This document shows positions 20,848-30,254 of a stretch of 64,000 nt of DNA, in pieces. This DNA is from Elusimicrobia bacterium RIFOXYA2_FULL_47_53 (lineage in GTDB: Bacteria; Elusimicrobiota; Endomicrobiia; Endomicrobiales; XYA2-FULL-47-53): assembly GCA_001800315.1 (NCBI GenBank), contig MGVE01000001.1, positions 121,749-185,748 of the forward strand, given 5' to 3'. The stretch's first letter is position 1, and the number at the start of each line of letters is the position of its first letter. The position numbers and the translations under genes are program-made. A model generated the notes under the pieces. That model saw only the letters and a list, made by a program, of their open reading frames with translations. It made no database searches and was not told the origin of the DNA.

Positions 20848-20874
20848 ATTTCCTCCGACGGTATTTGATGCGCC

Positions 20875-20903
20875 ATTTTACCAAAGTATGAGGATGTTGT
20901 CAA
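20875..20903 (-). promoter_or_regulatory. sigma70 promoter for trxA-tlpA-trxB-polA-coaE
   Basis: TTGACA-17 nt-TAAAAT with extended -10 TG. Confidence 0.75.
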
Positions 20904-20973
20904 CTTTTTGGTGTTTCGTTAATCATCCGACAGTGCCGTGTTTTGATGGTAAAGATTTCACCGGTTAAGTTGA

Positions 20974-21054
20974 GTCACCCTGAACAAAGTGAAGGGTCTG
21001 GCTTTTCATACTACGACGAGATTCTTCGTCCGCCGCGGCGGACTCAAGAATGAC
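20974..21054. repeat. REP-like palindromic element (GTCA..CTGA...AGAATGAC type)
   Basis: GTCACCCTGA...GAAGGGTCT...AGATTCTTC...CTCAAGAATGAC nested imperfect inverted repeats, with a perfect 16-bp palindrome GTCCGCCGCGGCGGAC (21028-21043). Confidence 0.7.
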
Positions 21055-21094
21055 TGCGACGCCTGGTGTTTCGCGAAATGCAGGGACGGCGTTT

Positions 21095-23758
21095 TCAGCC
21101 GGCAGCCCTACCGGAGCCTGCTTTTCCGTCCAATGTGTCTCTAACCTTATTCAGTATTTCTCCGATCTGATAGGGCTTTTGGATAAAAACAGAACCGCCG
21201 TTTTTGACGAGATCCTGCGACTTTGCGTCCTGATTCATCCCTGAGGAGAATATGACTTTTACCTCCGGATTAATCTCTTTCAGCTTTACATAAGTTTCAT
21301 AACCGGACATTTTAGGCATGATCATATCAAGAATAACCAGTCCAATCTTTGATGAGTTGCTTTTATAAATTTCCGCCGCTTCCAGTCCGTTTTCCGCGAG
21401 CATAACCTTATACCCGTAAGTTTCAAGCATGTTTTTCGCGAAGGACCTTATGTATTTCTCGTCATCGGCGATCAGGATGGTTTCGCTGCCTCTTGGAATT
21501 TCACCGGGTTTTTTCTGGGGTTCCTCTTTAACTTCATTAGACATGCTGGCAGGAATATATATTTCAAAAGTTGAACCTTCCCCGGGTTCGCTGTAGACAT
21601 TTATAAAGCCGTTATGGCTCTTTATGATGCTGTAAGCCATAAATAGCCCTAGCCCCACTGATTTGTCGTTGTCCTTTGTGGTGAAGAACGGTTCAAAAAG
21701 CTTATCTCTGGTTTTCGCGTCAATGCCCTGTCCGGTGTCGGTAATGGAAAGCGTAACATAGGAGCCGGGTTTTATATCGGTATGCTGTCTGGCCAGGTCA
21801 TCGGTTATCATGCTTATGCCGGTGATTAAAACAAGTTTTCCGCCTGATGGCATGGCCTCTTTTGAATTTATACATATATTCATGAGGGCCTGCTGGATCT
21901 GGGAAGCGTCGGCGTCAATGGCGGGAAGCCCGGAATAGAGATTGTTCTCAACTTCAATATTTTTGTCAAAAGTAGAGGAAATTATCTTTAAAGTTTCTTT
22001 TACTATCTGGTTAAGGTTCACGCTGTGAAGTTTGTATTTGCCCCCCCTGGCAAAAGTCAAAAGCTGGGTTGTCAGAGAAGCGGCACGCCGGGCGTTATCT
22101 TCAATTATCTGGATTCCTTCAAAAAACTTATTGTCGCTGGCGATATTGTTCTTTATAAATGAAGCATAGCCGAGAATTCCGGTTAAAAGGTTGTTAAATT
22201 CATGGGAAATGCCGCCGGCGAGCAGGCCCAGTGATTCCATTCTTTGAGACTGCAGCAGCTGGTGCTCTATCTTCTTTCTCTCGGTAACATCTCTGATTAT
22301 GCAGCGGTATTCGGTTACATTGTTTTTTTTGTCTGTCACGGCGGTTCCCGACAGCTGAATATATATCTGGTGCCCGTCCTTGAGTTTCAGCACCATCTCA
22401 AAGTCTTTTATAAAACCTTTAGAGCCGGCCAGGGCTTTAAAATTTACACATTCCGTATCGGAACAATTAAAGTCGTTAAAGAAATTAATGTTTCGTGCCT
22501 GCTCTATGGAATCTATCCTGAACAGGTCAAGGCCGCTGGGGTTTATGTCCGTAATCTCGCCGGCAGGTTTAAAAATAACAATGACATCCTTGGAGTCCTC
22601 AAACAGTTTTCTGTATTTCTCCTCTGATTTTCTAAGCGCTTCTTCCAGCACTATTTTGTTTGTTATGTCTTCCGCTATTCCCAGAAGATACTGCGGGTTG
22701 CCGTTTTCGTCCAGTATAGGCAGTTTTTTAGTGTTTAGAATTTTCTTTTTTTTATCTTTTGTTATAATTGTTTCATCGGGGATCTCTAACATCTTTTTTG
22801 TTCTTATCACTTCTCTGTCTTTCTCTCTTAACTGGTCGGCTCTTTCCGCTGGAAAAATGTCGTAGTCATTTTTTCCGATGAGCGCGTTTTTCGGGTAGCC
22901 GAGGAGGTGTTCGGCTGCCTTATTGAACTGAACAAATTTAAAGTCCCGTGCGCTTTTTAAAAATATAGCGTGAGGTATGTTTTCAAAAATAGAATTTATC
23001 AGCGCATGGGAGTGCTGTATCTCGTCCTCATTTCTCTTTCGCTCGGTTATGTCGCGGGCTACAACCACGGCATGGGTTATGGACTTTGATTTTGTTCCCG
23101 CGTAGGGGTAGTATGAAACATCAAAGAATCTTTCCCCGGCTATCGGTAGTTCAACCCGCTCCTGATAATGCACCTCATGGCCGCCGAAACATTTATCAAG
23201 GTAAATCTTGGTGATGGATCTAAACATTTTATCGCCAAAAACATCCGAAACCGATTTTCCTATGAAATGCTCGCGTTTTTTATTGTGAGCGCTGATAAGC
23301 GACTCATTCACGGCCTCATAAATATAGTTGCGGCTTATCAGAGACATGAACTCTTTTGATGTGTTGATGATAAATTCATATTTTTTCCAGGTGTCCTCAA
23401 TGGAGAGATGCTGGGTAATGTCCTGTCCCGAGCAGAAAATAGAAGAAATCTTTCCGCTTTCGTCGCTCTGCGAAATCAAATTCCATAGAAATATTTTCTC
23501 GGCCCCCGTTTTAGTTAAAAAAGGAGTCTCAAAGCTTTCCGACGAGCTTTCCCTGGAACGAAACATTCTTTTAAGTATGTCATGAGACTCCGCCCTGGCC
23601 CTTTCCGGCATAAGGTCAAAAACAAAGCTTCTGCCGAGAATATCCTTTTCATTGTATCCGAGGATTCCCTTCGCCGCGTGATTGGCAAAGGTCACATTGA
23701 GCCCGGAATCAATGATAATAAAAGCTGAGCCGATTTTGTTAAAATGATGAAGTTCCAT
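21095..23758 (-). CDS. Cytoplasmic hybrid histidine kinase (4x PAS-HisKA-HATPase-REC)
   Basis: Repeated PAC ends (QDIT, RDITE, EDIT, RDVTE), H-box GGISHEFNN, FEPFFTTK, GLGL, C-terminal receiver (ADDE/LDMIMP/KP). Confidence 0.93.
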   Translation of the reverse strand: MELHHFNKIGSAFIIIDSGLNVTFANHAAKGILGYNEKDILGRSFVFDLMPERARAESHDILKRMFRSRESSSESFETPFLTKTGAEKIFLWNLISQSDESGKISSIFCSGQDITQHLSIEDTWKKYEFIINTSKEFMSLISRNYIYEAVNESLISAHNKKREHFIGKSVSDVFGDKMFRSITKIYLDKCFGGHEVHYQERVELPIAGERFFDVSYYPYAGTKSKSITHAVVVARDITERKRNEDEIQHSHALINSIFENIPHAIFLKSARDFKFVQFNKAAEHLLGYPKNALIGKNDYDIFPAERADQLREKDREVIRTKKMLEIPDETIITKDKKKKILNTKKLPILDENGNPQYLLGIAEDITNKIVLEEALRKSEEKYRKLFEDSKDVIVIFKPAGEITDINPSGLDLFRIDSIEQARNINFFNDFNCSDTECVNFKALAGSKGFIKDFEMVLKLKDGHQIYIQLSGTAVTDKKNNVTEYRCIIRDVTERKKIEHQLLQSQRMESLGLLAGGISHEFNNLLTGILGYASFIKNNIASDNKFFEGIQIIEDNARRAASLTTQLLTFARGGKYKLHSVNLNQIVKETLKIISSTFDKNIEVENNLYSGLPAIDADASQIQQALMNICINSKEAMPSGGKLVLITGISMITDDLARQHTDIKPGSYVTLSITDTGQGIDAKTRDKLFEPFFTTKDNDKSVGLGLFMAYSIIKSHNGFINVYSEPGEGSTFEIYIPASMSNEVKEEPQKKPGEIPRGSETILIADDEKYIRSFAKNMLETYGYKVMLAENGLEAAEIYKSNSSKIGLVILDMIMPKMSGYETYVKLKEINPEVKVIFSSGMNQDAKSQDLVKNGGSVFIQKPYQIGEILNKVRDTLDGKAGSGRAAG

Positions 23759-23769
23759 AAGTTTTCCGC

Positions 23770-26700
23770 TTAATTCAGCACTTCTCTTACTTTTTTTAAG
23801 AGGTCAAACGGTGAAAACGGTTTTTGAATAAAATGGCTGTTCTCAATCTTCGCTACTTCTTCGGCGATATTCGGGAAACCCGAAAAAACTATTATTTTAG
23901 TGCTCTTATCGTTTCGCCGTATAGTTCTGGCGAGGTCGGTTCCGTTTATTTTAGGCATTACGGCGTCGCTTAAAAAAAGTTTCAGCCCCTTATTCATGTT
24001 TTCCTGATATAATCTCATGGCTGTTTCGCCGTCCATAGCCTCAATGACCCGGTAACCCTGTTCTTTCAGCACCCTTGATGTCAGGTTCATTACCGTAACA
24101 TCATCCTCGGCGAGTAAAATAGTCTCGTTCCCCTTGGTATAGTCTACAATATTATCAGCGACTTGAGTAGTGTCTTCTGCCGCTTCAGCCGCGGGAAGAT
24201 ATATTTTAATTGTAGTCCCCTTGTTAAGCTCGCTGGAAATGATTATGTTGCCTCCGCTCTGCTTAATGATGCCAAAGCAGGTCGCCAATCCCAGTCCGGT
24301 GCCTTTTCCTTTCTCTTTTGTGGTAAAAAACGGCTCAAAAAGATGATTTTTAACTTCCTCGCTCATTCCGGAACCATGGTCCGTGACACTCAATAACACA
24401 TAGTTGCCGGGTGGAATGTCTCCCATAAGATCAAAAATAGGAGCCGTGATTTTCACATTTGAAGTCGCGAGCTCTATAGTGCCTCCGTTTTGCATGGCGT
24501 CTTTGGCGTTAATAACAAGATTTGTAAGCACCTGATCAATCTGTGACGGGTCAACATTTACATTTTTCAAGCCGGTATCCAGGTTCAGGTCCAGCCGGTT
24601 GCCCGCGCCGATGAGTTTATTCAGCATTTTTTGTATATTAAGAATCAGAGTGTTTATGTTTATAACGGATGGATTTAATGTCTGTCTGCGCGAAAAGGCA
24701 AGAAGCTGTTTTGTGAAAACAGAAGCCCTTTCGGCGGTTAAAAATATTTCCTTCGCGTCTTCATGAGCCGGATCGGCTTCATTTAGGGTATTTAACAGGA
24801 GCTGCGAATAGCCGATTATCGGCGTCATCAGGTTGTTGAGGTCATGGGCCACGCTTCCGGCCAGCCTGCCGACGGTTTCAATTTTCTGAGATTGAAATAA
24901 CTGCATTTCAAGCTTAGTATGCTCAATAGAGTTAATGAATACCTCTCCCAAGAGGCTCAAAAGCGAGAAATCCCTGTGGTCAAACGGGTTCTTTGGATAA
25001 AATGAGGCGAATCCGTAAAAACCTCTTAAGGTATCTTTGAAATACATTGGTAGCATTGTAATGAATTTAATAGTCTGCTCTCCGCTTTCCGCCAAAAACT
25101 TCAGGTCGTCCTGGGAGATAAGGTTGTTTTCGGTAAGGTTCATGCTGACATATTCATCCCTCTTGAAAAAATTCATCAGCCATTGAATGTCTTTAACCTC
25201 AAGGAGTTTGCTGAAGGACAGCCCCGCATCGTTGTGCGGAGGAGTTGAAGCGAATAACTCTGCTTTTGTGATTGAAGTATTGAAAAGGTATAAAAACGAA
25301 TGTTCAATGGAAAAAAATCTGGAGATCTTACCGAGCGAAGCAGCCAGTTCGGTGTTAATTTCGCCAGAGCGGATGTTGATGAATTTAGCGGAAATCTCAG
25401 AGACCTTCTGTTCAAATTCAAGGCGCTGCTTTAACGCTTCTTCGGTTTTTTTTCGTTCAATAACACCGGCCAGGGTATTCGCTATTGCGGTTAAAAAAGC
25501 AATGTCATTTTCATTGTATTTGTAGCCATGAGCGAGGTAAAGGTTAATAACGCCGAGCATTTTTTCGCCAGAAATAATCGGCACGCAATAGTGGCCGTGA
25601 TCGTGGATTCCCGGGTAATTTACGGAATGTCTGGCATCCAGGGCGCTTGAAAATACAACCTTTTTTTCTTTAGCGGCTATCCCGCAGAGGCACTTGCCGA
25701 AGGGAAGTGAGGAACAGCTGGTTAACAAAGAATCGCTGAGCCCGGTCTGGGTCTTCATTATCAGGGTTTCGCCGGATTCGTTTGCAAGGAAAATGCAGCC
25801 CTTGGACTCAAGGGAAAGCCAGGAAACGGAGATTATAATGGAAAGCGCTTCCTCAAGCAGCTTGTCAATGGATATATTTTCAAGAGATTTTGACAGCAGG
25901 TTGTTTATTGCTGATTCTGTCTCGTAATTTCTAATCACCTTTTCCTGGTATTCAAATCTCTGAGTTATATCTTTTTGCATGCCCCGGTACCCAATAAGTT
26001 CTCCGGATTCGGATAACATAGGCATGGCGTTGGATTCATGGATTTGAACGCGCCCGCTTTTATGGATATTTCTGCAGACAATATTTTTAAAAACAACTTT
26101 ATTCTCAAACCCCTTAAAAAGCTCCGGCGCAAGGTTTTTTCTGTCACCTTCCGTGAAAAAGTCATAAAAATATTTTCCAATAACCTCTTCTCGGCTATAG
26201 CCAAGAATATCAAAAACAGTGTCGTTGGAATATGTGTATTTTCCTGCGGCGTCAACTTCCCATATCCACTCGCCGGAAAGTTCCGACAGCTGTCTGAAAC
26301 GCTCCTCCGAGTATCTCAGGCGGCTCTCTGCTTTCTTGAACTCCGATAAATCTTCTCCTGAACTGAGTATGGCATAAGTGTCGCCGTTATTGTCTTTCAG
26401 CAGGCTGTTGTGCCATAAAAATTCCTTTTCCGAACCATCTCTGCGGAGGATGGAATTTTCATGATACTCGTATTTCCCCAAATCACCGTTAAAAAGGGTG
26501 TCAATTGCTGAAATTATGCCGGCCCTTGACTTTTCTGGGATAAAAAGCGCTGCCCAGTCTTTTCCAATGACTTCATTGGGGTCAGAGAATCCCAGTATTT
26601 CCACGCCCTTTTTGTTTATGCTGGATATTTTCCCGTCTCTGCCGATAGTTATGATAAATGAGCCAGAGACTTCAAACAGGTTGTTATTTTTACTCAGTTC

Positions 26701-26958
26701 CCTGGCAAGAGTTGACTCGGCGATAATGTTTTTTTTGAATATTATATACAAAGCCGCTGAGTAACCGGAAATAAAAACGATGGCAAGAATCCTCATCCAT
26801 AAAATATCAACATCACCAGTAAATATTGTCTGAACGAAATTGCCTTCCTTTAAAATAACGGTGTCAAACAACGAGTCCAGTATCCAGTAGAGCAGGGACG
26901 CTGCCAGCGCGGTAATAGACAAAAAAATGAGAGTTTTCCTTTTATCGTGTTTTTTCAT
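23770..26958 (-). CDS. Membrane hybrid histidine kinase (2 TM-PAS-PAS-GAF-GAF-like-HisKA-HATPase-REC)
   Basis: Two N-terminal TMs, PAS/PAC motifs, GAF (CLCG..A, HYCVPI), AHDLNN, GKGTGLGL, receiver domain. Confidence 0.92.
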   Translation of the reverse strand: MKKHDKRKTLIFLSITALAASLLYWILDSLFDTVILKEGNFVQTIFTGDVDILWMRILAIVFISGYSAALYIIFKKNIIAESTLARELSKNNNLFEVSGSFIITIGRDGKISSINKKGVEILGFSDPNEVIGKDWAALFIPEKSRAGIISAIDTLFNGDLGKYEYHENSILRRDGSEKEFLWHNSLLKDNNGDTYAILSSGEDLSEFKKAESRLRYSEERFRQLSELSGEWIWEVDAAGKYTYSNDTVFDILGYSREEVIGKYFYDFFTEGDRKNLAPELFKGFENKVVFKNIVCRNIHKSGRVQIHESNAMPMLSESGELIGYRGMQKDITQRFEYQEKVIRNYETESAINNLLSKSLENISIDKLLEEALSIIISVSWLSLESKGCIFLANESGETLIMKTQTGLSDSLLTSCSSLPFGKCLCGIAAKEKKVVFSSALDARHSVNYPGIHDHGHYCVPIISGEKMLGVINLYLAHGYKYNENDIAFLTAIANTLAGVIERKKTEEALKQRLEFEQKVSEISAKFINIRSGEINTELAASLGKISRFFSIEHSFLYLFNTSITKAELFASTPPHNDAGLSFSKLLEVKDIQWLMNFFKRDEYVSMNLTENNLISQDDLKFLAESGEQTIKFITMLPMYFKDTLRGFYGFASFYPKNPFDHRDFSLLSLLGEVFINSIEHTKLEMQLFQSQKIETVGRLAGSVAHDLNNLMTPIIGYSQLLLNTLNEADPAHEDAKEIFLTAERASVFTKQLLAFSRRQTLNPSVININTLILNIQKMLNKLIGAGNRLDLNLDTGLKNVNVDPSQIDQVLTNLVINAKDAMQNGGTIELATSNVKITAPIFDLMGDIPPGNYVLLSVTDHGSGMSEEVKNHLFEPFFTTKEKGKGTGLGLATCFGIIKQSGGNIIISSELNKGTTIKIYLPAAEAAEDTTQVADNIVDYTKGNETILLAEDDVTVMNLTSRVLKEQGYRVIEAMDGETAMRLYQENMNKGLKLFLSDAVMPKINGTDLARTIRRNDKSTKIIVFSGFPNIAEEVAKIENSHFIQKPFSPFDLLKKVREVLN

Positions 26959-27052
26959 AATTTCTCCTCAATGCTGTCGGCATCCATGCAACGAAATCAG
27001 TGTTTTTGAAATGTATTACTGGCAAAATATAACAGCCATGATTCATCTAAGA

Positions 27053-28369
27053 TCATAATATCCATTCACCTTTTGTTTTTTCATCGTTTAAACAATTTAA
27101 TATCTTTTCCTGATCCGAAGCGCTCAGAGATGTTTTATCAAAGTTTGTTCTGCCGGCCATTGTTTTAAAGTTCTTTAATACTTCTCTTTTTACGGTGCTA
27201 TCGCTGTCGTTGTACAGGTCAAATAATATTTTAATCGTATCGGGATTGGCTATCAGCGCCAGGGCACGCACAACATTGGATCTTATCTGAGGGTTCTCGT
27301 TTTTTGACATTTTTTTTAGAAAATCAAGCGCCGAGCCCGGCGCGTACTCATAGAGGTTTTGCGCCATCGCGGCGATTCTTTCCCGGGCCGATTCAAGAGC
27401 CGGAGAAGCAAATTCACCGGTGCTTATGTCTCCGTCAAGAATTTCAAGAATCCTGGCCTGCTGCTGGTGAAAAAAAGCTTCCTGTGGGGCGGCATTCCTG
27501 CCGTATTTAGCTATCATTTCGGAACGGAGCCTTTCTTCAATCTGCCTGGTTTTCTGCTCCAGTTCTATTTTAAGCCTTTCTTCTTCCTTCCTTGATCTTT
27601 GCTTAAGTTCAACCCTGAACTGCTCGGCGATCTGATGCTCGTATTTGATTTTCTCTTTATGTTTTTCAAGTTCAATAGATACATTGTTCTTTTCTTTAGA
27701 AAGCGTTTTAAACTCCTCTTCAACCTTTAACAGGCTGGCCCTTACTTTTTTCAGGGAAATTGATTCAATTATCAGGGAGGCCAAAAGAACAATAAACCCG
27801 AGAAAGAAAACGGACGCGGCTCCCGCAAAAATAAAAAAGTATCTTATCTTGTAATCATTTGACTTGTCCCGATAAACCGCGTTAAGAGGCGCCCTCTGCT
27901 CGGCCGTTCGCTTCACGGGAGCTTCCGCCTTTACCGCCGGCTTATACTGTTTTGTAACCTGAGTCTGCGGTTCAGGATAGCTTTTTCGCTCTTTTGATTC
28001 TCCCGGTTTATTGTATTCCTGGGCGGTGTTCATCAGGTCGTTCGTAAGCTTGTATAATTCCTGAACCCTCTGGTTTTGCGGAGCGAAAGCGTTCGCTCTG
28101 CTGATGTATTCCAGGGCCTGCCTGTAGTTTCTGTTCATGTGAGCCTGGGTCGTAGCCTCAATAAGTATTTTAATAATAAATTCCCGAATTTTGGCGTTAG
28201 AAGGGTCTAATTTTTGAGCCTTTTCAAGATTTTCAACGGCTTCAGCGAAATTACCCTGCAGATATTTCTCGGTACCGGCGTTGAAATACAAATTGGAATC
28301 TTCCGATGAGAATATCGTCCCGAGCGAGAAAAAAATAATTAAAATAATTGAAGCGGTTATTTTTATCAT
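27053..28369 (-). CDS. Signal peptide-TPR-TM-coiled coil-HEAT repeat membrane protein
   Basis: N-terminal signal; TPRs (YLQGNFAEAVENLEKAQKLDP); Pro/Lys linker; TM (FFIFAGAASVFFLGFIVLL); coiled coil; HEAT-like repeats (NPQIRSNVVRAL, DSTVKREV). Confidence 0.8.
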   Translation of the reverse strand: MIKITASIILIIFFSLGTIFSSEDSNLYFNAGTEKYLQGNFAEAVENLEKAQKLDPSNAKIREFIIKILIEATTQAHMNRNYRQALEYISRANAFAPQNQRVQELYKLTNDLMNTAQEYNKPGESKERKSYPEPQTQVTKQYKPAVKAEAPVKRTAEQRAPLNAVYRDKSNDYKIRYFFIFAGAASVFFLGFIVLLASLIIESISLKKVRASLLKVEEEFKTLSKEKNNVSIELEKHKEKIKYEHQIAEQFRVELKQRSRKEEERLKIELEQKTRQIEERLRSEMIAKYGRNAAPQEAFFHQQQARILEILDGDISTGEFASPALESARERIAAMAQNLYEYAPGSALDFLKKMSKNENPQIRSNVVRALALIANPDTIKILFDLYNDSDSTVKREVLKNFKTMAGRTNFDKTSLSASDQEKILNCLNDEKTKGEWIL

Positions 28370-28402
28370 AATATTAACCTCTTGGAGCCATATTGAGTCA
28401 AA

Positions 28403-29863
28403 TTACTGAGATATTTCCAGAATTGTCTGTATTCTCTTAAGGAGCAGAGAGGCCTCCGTGTTTTGCGGATCAATCTTCATAACCTCTATTAATTCGCCTT
28501 TAGCGTCATTATATTTCTGTTCACCCAGATATAGCTGCGCCTGAGAGAGAAAACCCATGACCCTAACTTCCGTGTTATCGGGTTGAATATCCAGCAGGTA
28601 ATTAATGTCGCTCATGGCGGCCTCGTACTTCCCTTGTTTATAGTTTGCCCGTATTTCCTTGAGCCTTCGGACAATTGTTTCGCTGTTCATTCTTGATCTA
28701 ATTTCCGCGAGCAGAGCTTTTGCCTCTTCCTGGGCAGGATCGGATTTCAGAATCGCCTCAAGAATTTCAGCGGACGCGCTGTATTGTTTTTTCTCGTATT
28801 TATCCCTCGCGTCTATAAACATTATTATCAGCTTTGAGGAGGTTTTTAAGCGCTCTTTTTCAAAGCGGATCCGCTCCAGTTCGTTAGCCGATTTGTTTTC
28901 AAATTCAATCCTTTCATTCTTAAGGTTTTCCCACTCGCTTTTTACCCTCTCCTCGGCCTCGGTCAATATAAAGCCGTAACGGACAGTAAGCGTGAAAGAA
29001 TGAATCAAATCAAGCGGATGGTATATGATAGCATAGTCAAAATCAATCTGCCTTGTTGAAAATCCGAAACCCGCGGAAAACTGCTTCTGATTCGCCCCCA
29101 CGCGCCAGTGAGCCATTTTAGGATAATCGTACTCCAGGCCCGCAAACCATCTGGAAACCAGATTCCCGCTCTGGAATAAATTTAAGATATGCAGGTCAAC
29201 AGCCGCCGTAAGTTTCCCCGGAATCAGTATACGGCTGTATCCGGCTTTGGGGACAAATTCAAATACATCCGTGCCCAGCCGGGCCGGGATGATATTAGAC
29301 AAGGTCAGCCCCCAGCTGTCCGCGGGAGAGGTCTTGATAATAAGGCCGGCGTCGGCTCCGGCTCCGCGCGCGGAATAATAATCAATATCCTGGGAAATAA
29401 ACTTTGCTCCGCCCCCCGCGAAAATGTTTTTTGAAAGCTTGCGCGAGTATACGGCCATTATCGTTGTGTTGACATCCGCGAAGCTTCCCAAAGTTTCTCC
29501 GAGAGCGTTGGTCTTTTCGGCATCGGAAGAGGAAAGCCTTATCAGCGAAAGCCCGAACGAATGTTTTTCGTTGAACGGATAACCGTAGCTCATAGCTATG
29601 AACTGACCCTGGGCGAACAGAGGGGTCACATTAAAGCTTGCTTCTTTCCACCAGAGGCTGGCCAGGCTGGCCGGGTTTGAATAAATCAGCTCTGCTTTGC
29701 CGTCAAGCCCTGTCCCCGCGAGCCCGAGAGAGGCGCCTCTGGCGCCTCCGGAAAACGCGTTAAGGTATTCTCCCGCGTAGCCGCTGTAGTCCTGCTGCAG
29801 CCAGGAAAATGAATCTGATGAGAGTAGCAGTAGCAGCATGATAGCCGGCGCGAGCCTTTTCAT
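28403..29863 (-). CDS. PorV/FadL-like outer-membrane beta-barrel fused to coiled coil + TPRs
   Basis: Signal peptide; GARGASLG.A...NPASL N-terminal motif; amphipathic strands ending SAGFGF...FDYA...HSFTLTVRY; C-terminal TPRs. Confidence 0.8.
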   Translation of the reverse strand: MKRLAPAIMLLLLLSSDSFSWLQQDYSGYAGEYLNAFSGGARGASLGLAGTGLDGKAELIYSNPASLASLWWKEASFNVTPLFAQGQFIAMSYGYPFNEKHSFGLSLIRLSSSDAEKTNALGETLGSFADVNTTIMAVYSRKLSKNIFAGGGAKFISQDIDYYSARGAGADAGLIIKTSPADSWGLTLSNIIPARLGTDVFEFVPKAGYSRILIPGKLTAAVDLHILNLFQSGNLVSRWFAGLEYDYPKMAHWRVGANQKQFSAGFGFSTRQIDFDYAIIYHPLDLIHSFTLTVRYGFILTEAEERVKSEWENLKNERIEFENKSANELERIRFEKERLKTSSKLIIMFIDARDKYEKKQYSASAEILEAILKSDPAQEEAKALLAEIRSRMNSETIVRRLKEIRANYKQGKYEAAMSDINYLLDIQPDNTEVRVMGFLSQAQLYLGEQKYNDAKGELIEVMKIDPQNTEASLLLKRIQTILEISQ

Positions 29864-29865
29864 AG

Positions 29866-30240
29866 TTATTGGCGCTGCAAAATCTCGTTAACCGTTGAAA
29901 GCAGGGTGGCGACTTTAAAGGGCTTCTCAAGATAGGCGGCAACACTGACGCCTTCTCTTGCTTTAAGAAATTCCTGCATATGCCCTTTGCCCGTGACAAT
30001 TACAACGGGAATGCCGGCTGTTTCCGGGTTTTCCCTGAGCCTGAGATTCACGGAATAACCGTCCAGCACAGGCATCATAATGTCAAGAATTATCAAATCC
30101 GGCTTAAAGGACGCGACTTTTTTAAGAGCCTCTAAACCGTCGGCCGCGCTGTCGGTTATATAGCCGGAACCGTCCAGGGCGGATTTCAGGACGAAAACAA
30201 TGTCTTTTTCGTCATCAACCACAAGCACTTTTTTGGACAT
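29866..30240 (-). CDS. Stand-alone response regulator receiver (CheY-like)
   Basis: VVDDE, LDIMMP phosphoacceptor, T, KPF; GGAGGGG SD. Confidence 0.93.
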   Translation of the reverse strand: MSKKVLVVDDEKDIVFVLKSALDGSGYITDSAADGLEALKKVASFKPDLIILDIMMPVLDGYSVNLRLRENPETAGIPVVIVTGKGHMQEFLKAREGVSVAAYLEKPFKVATLLSTVNEILQRQ

Positions 30241-30254
30241 ATCCCCTCCACGAC

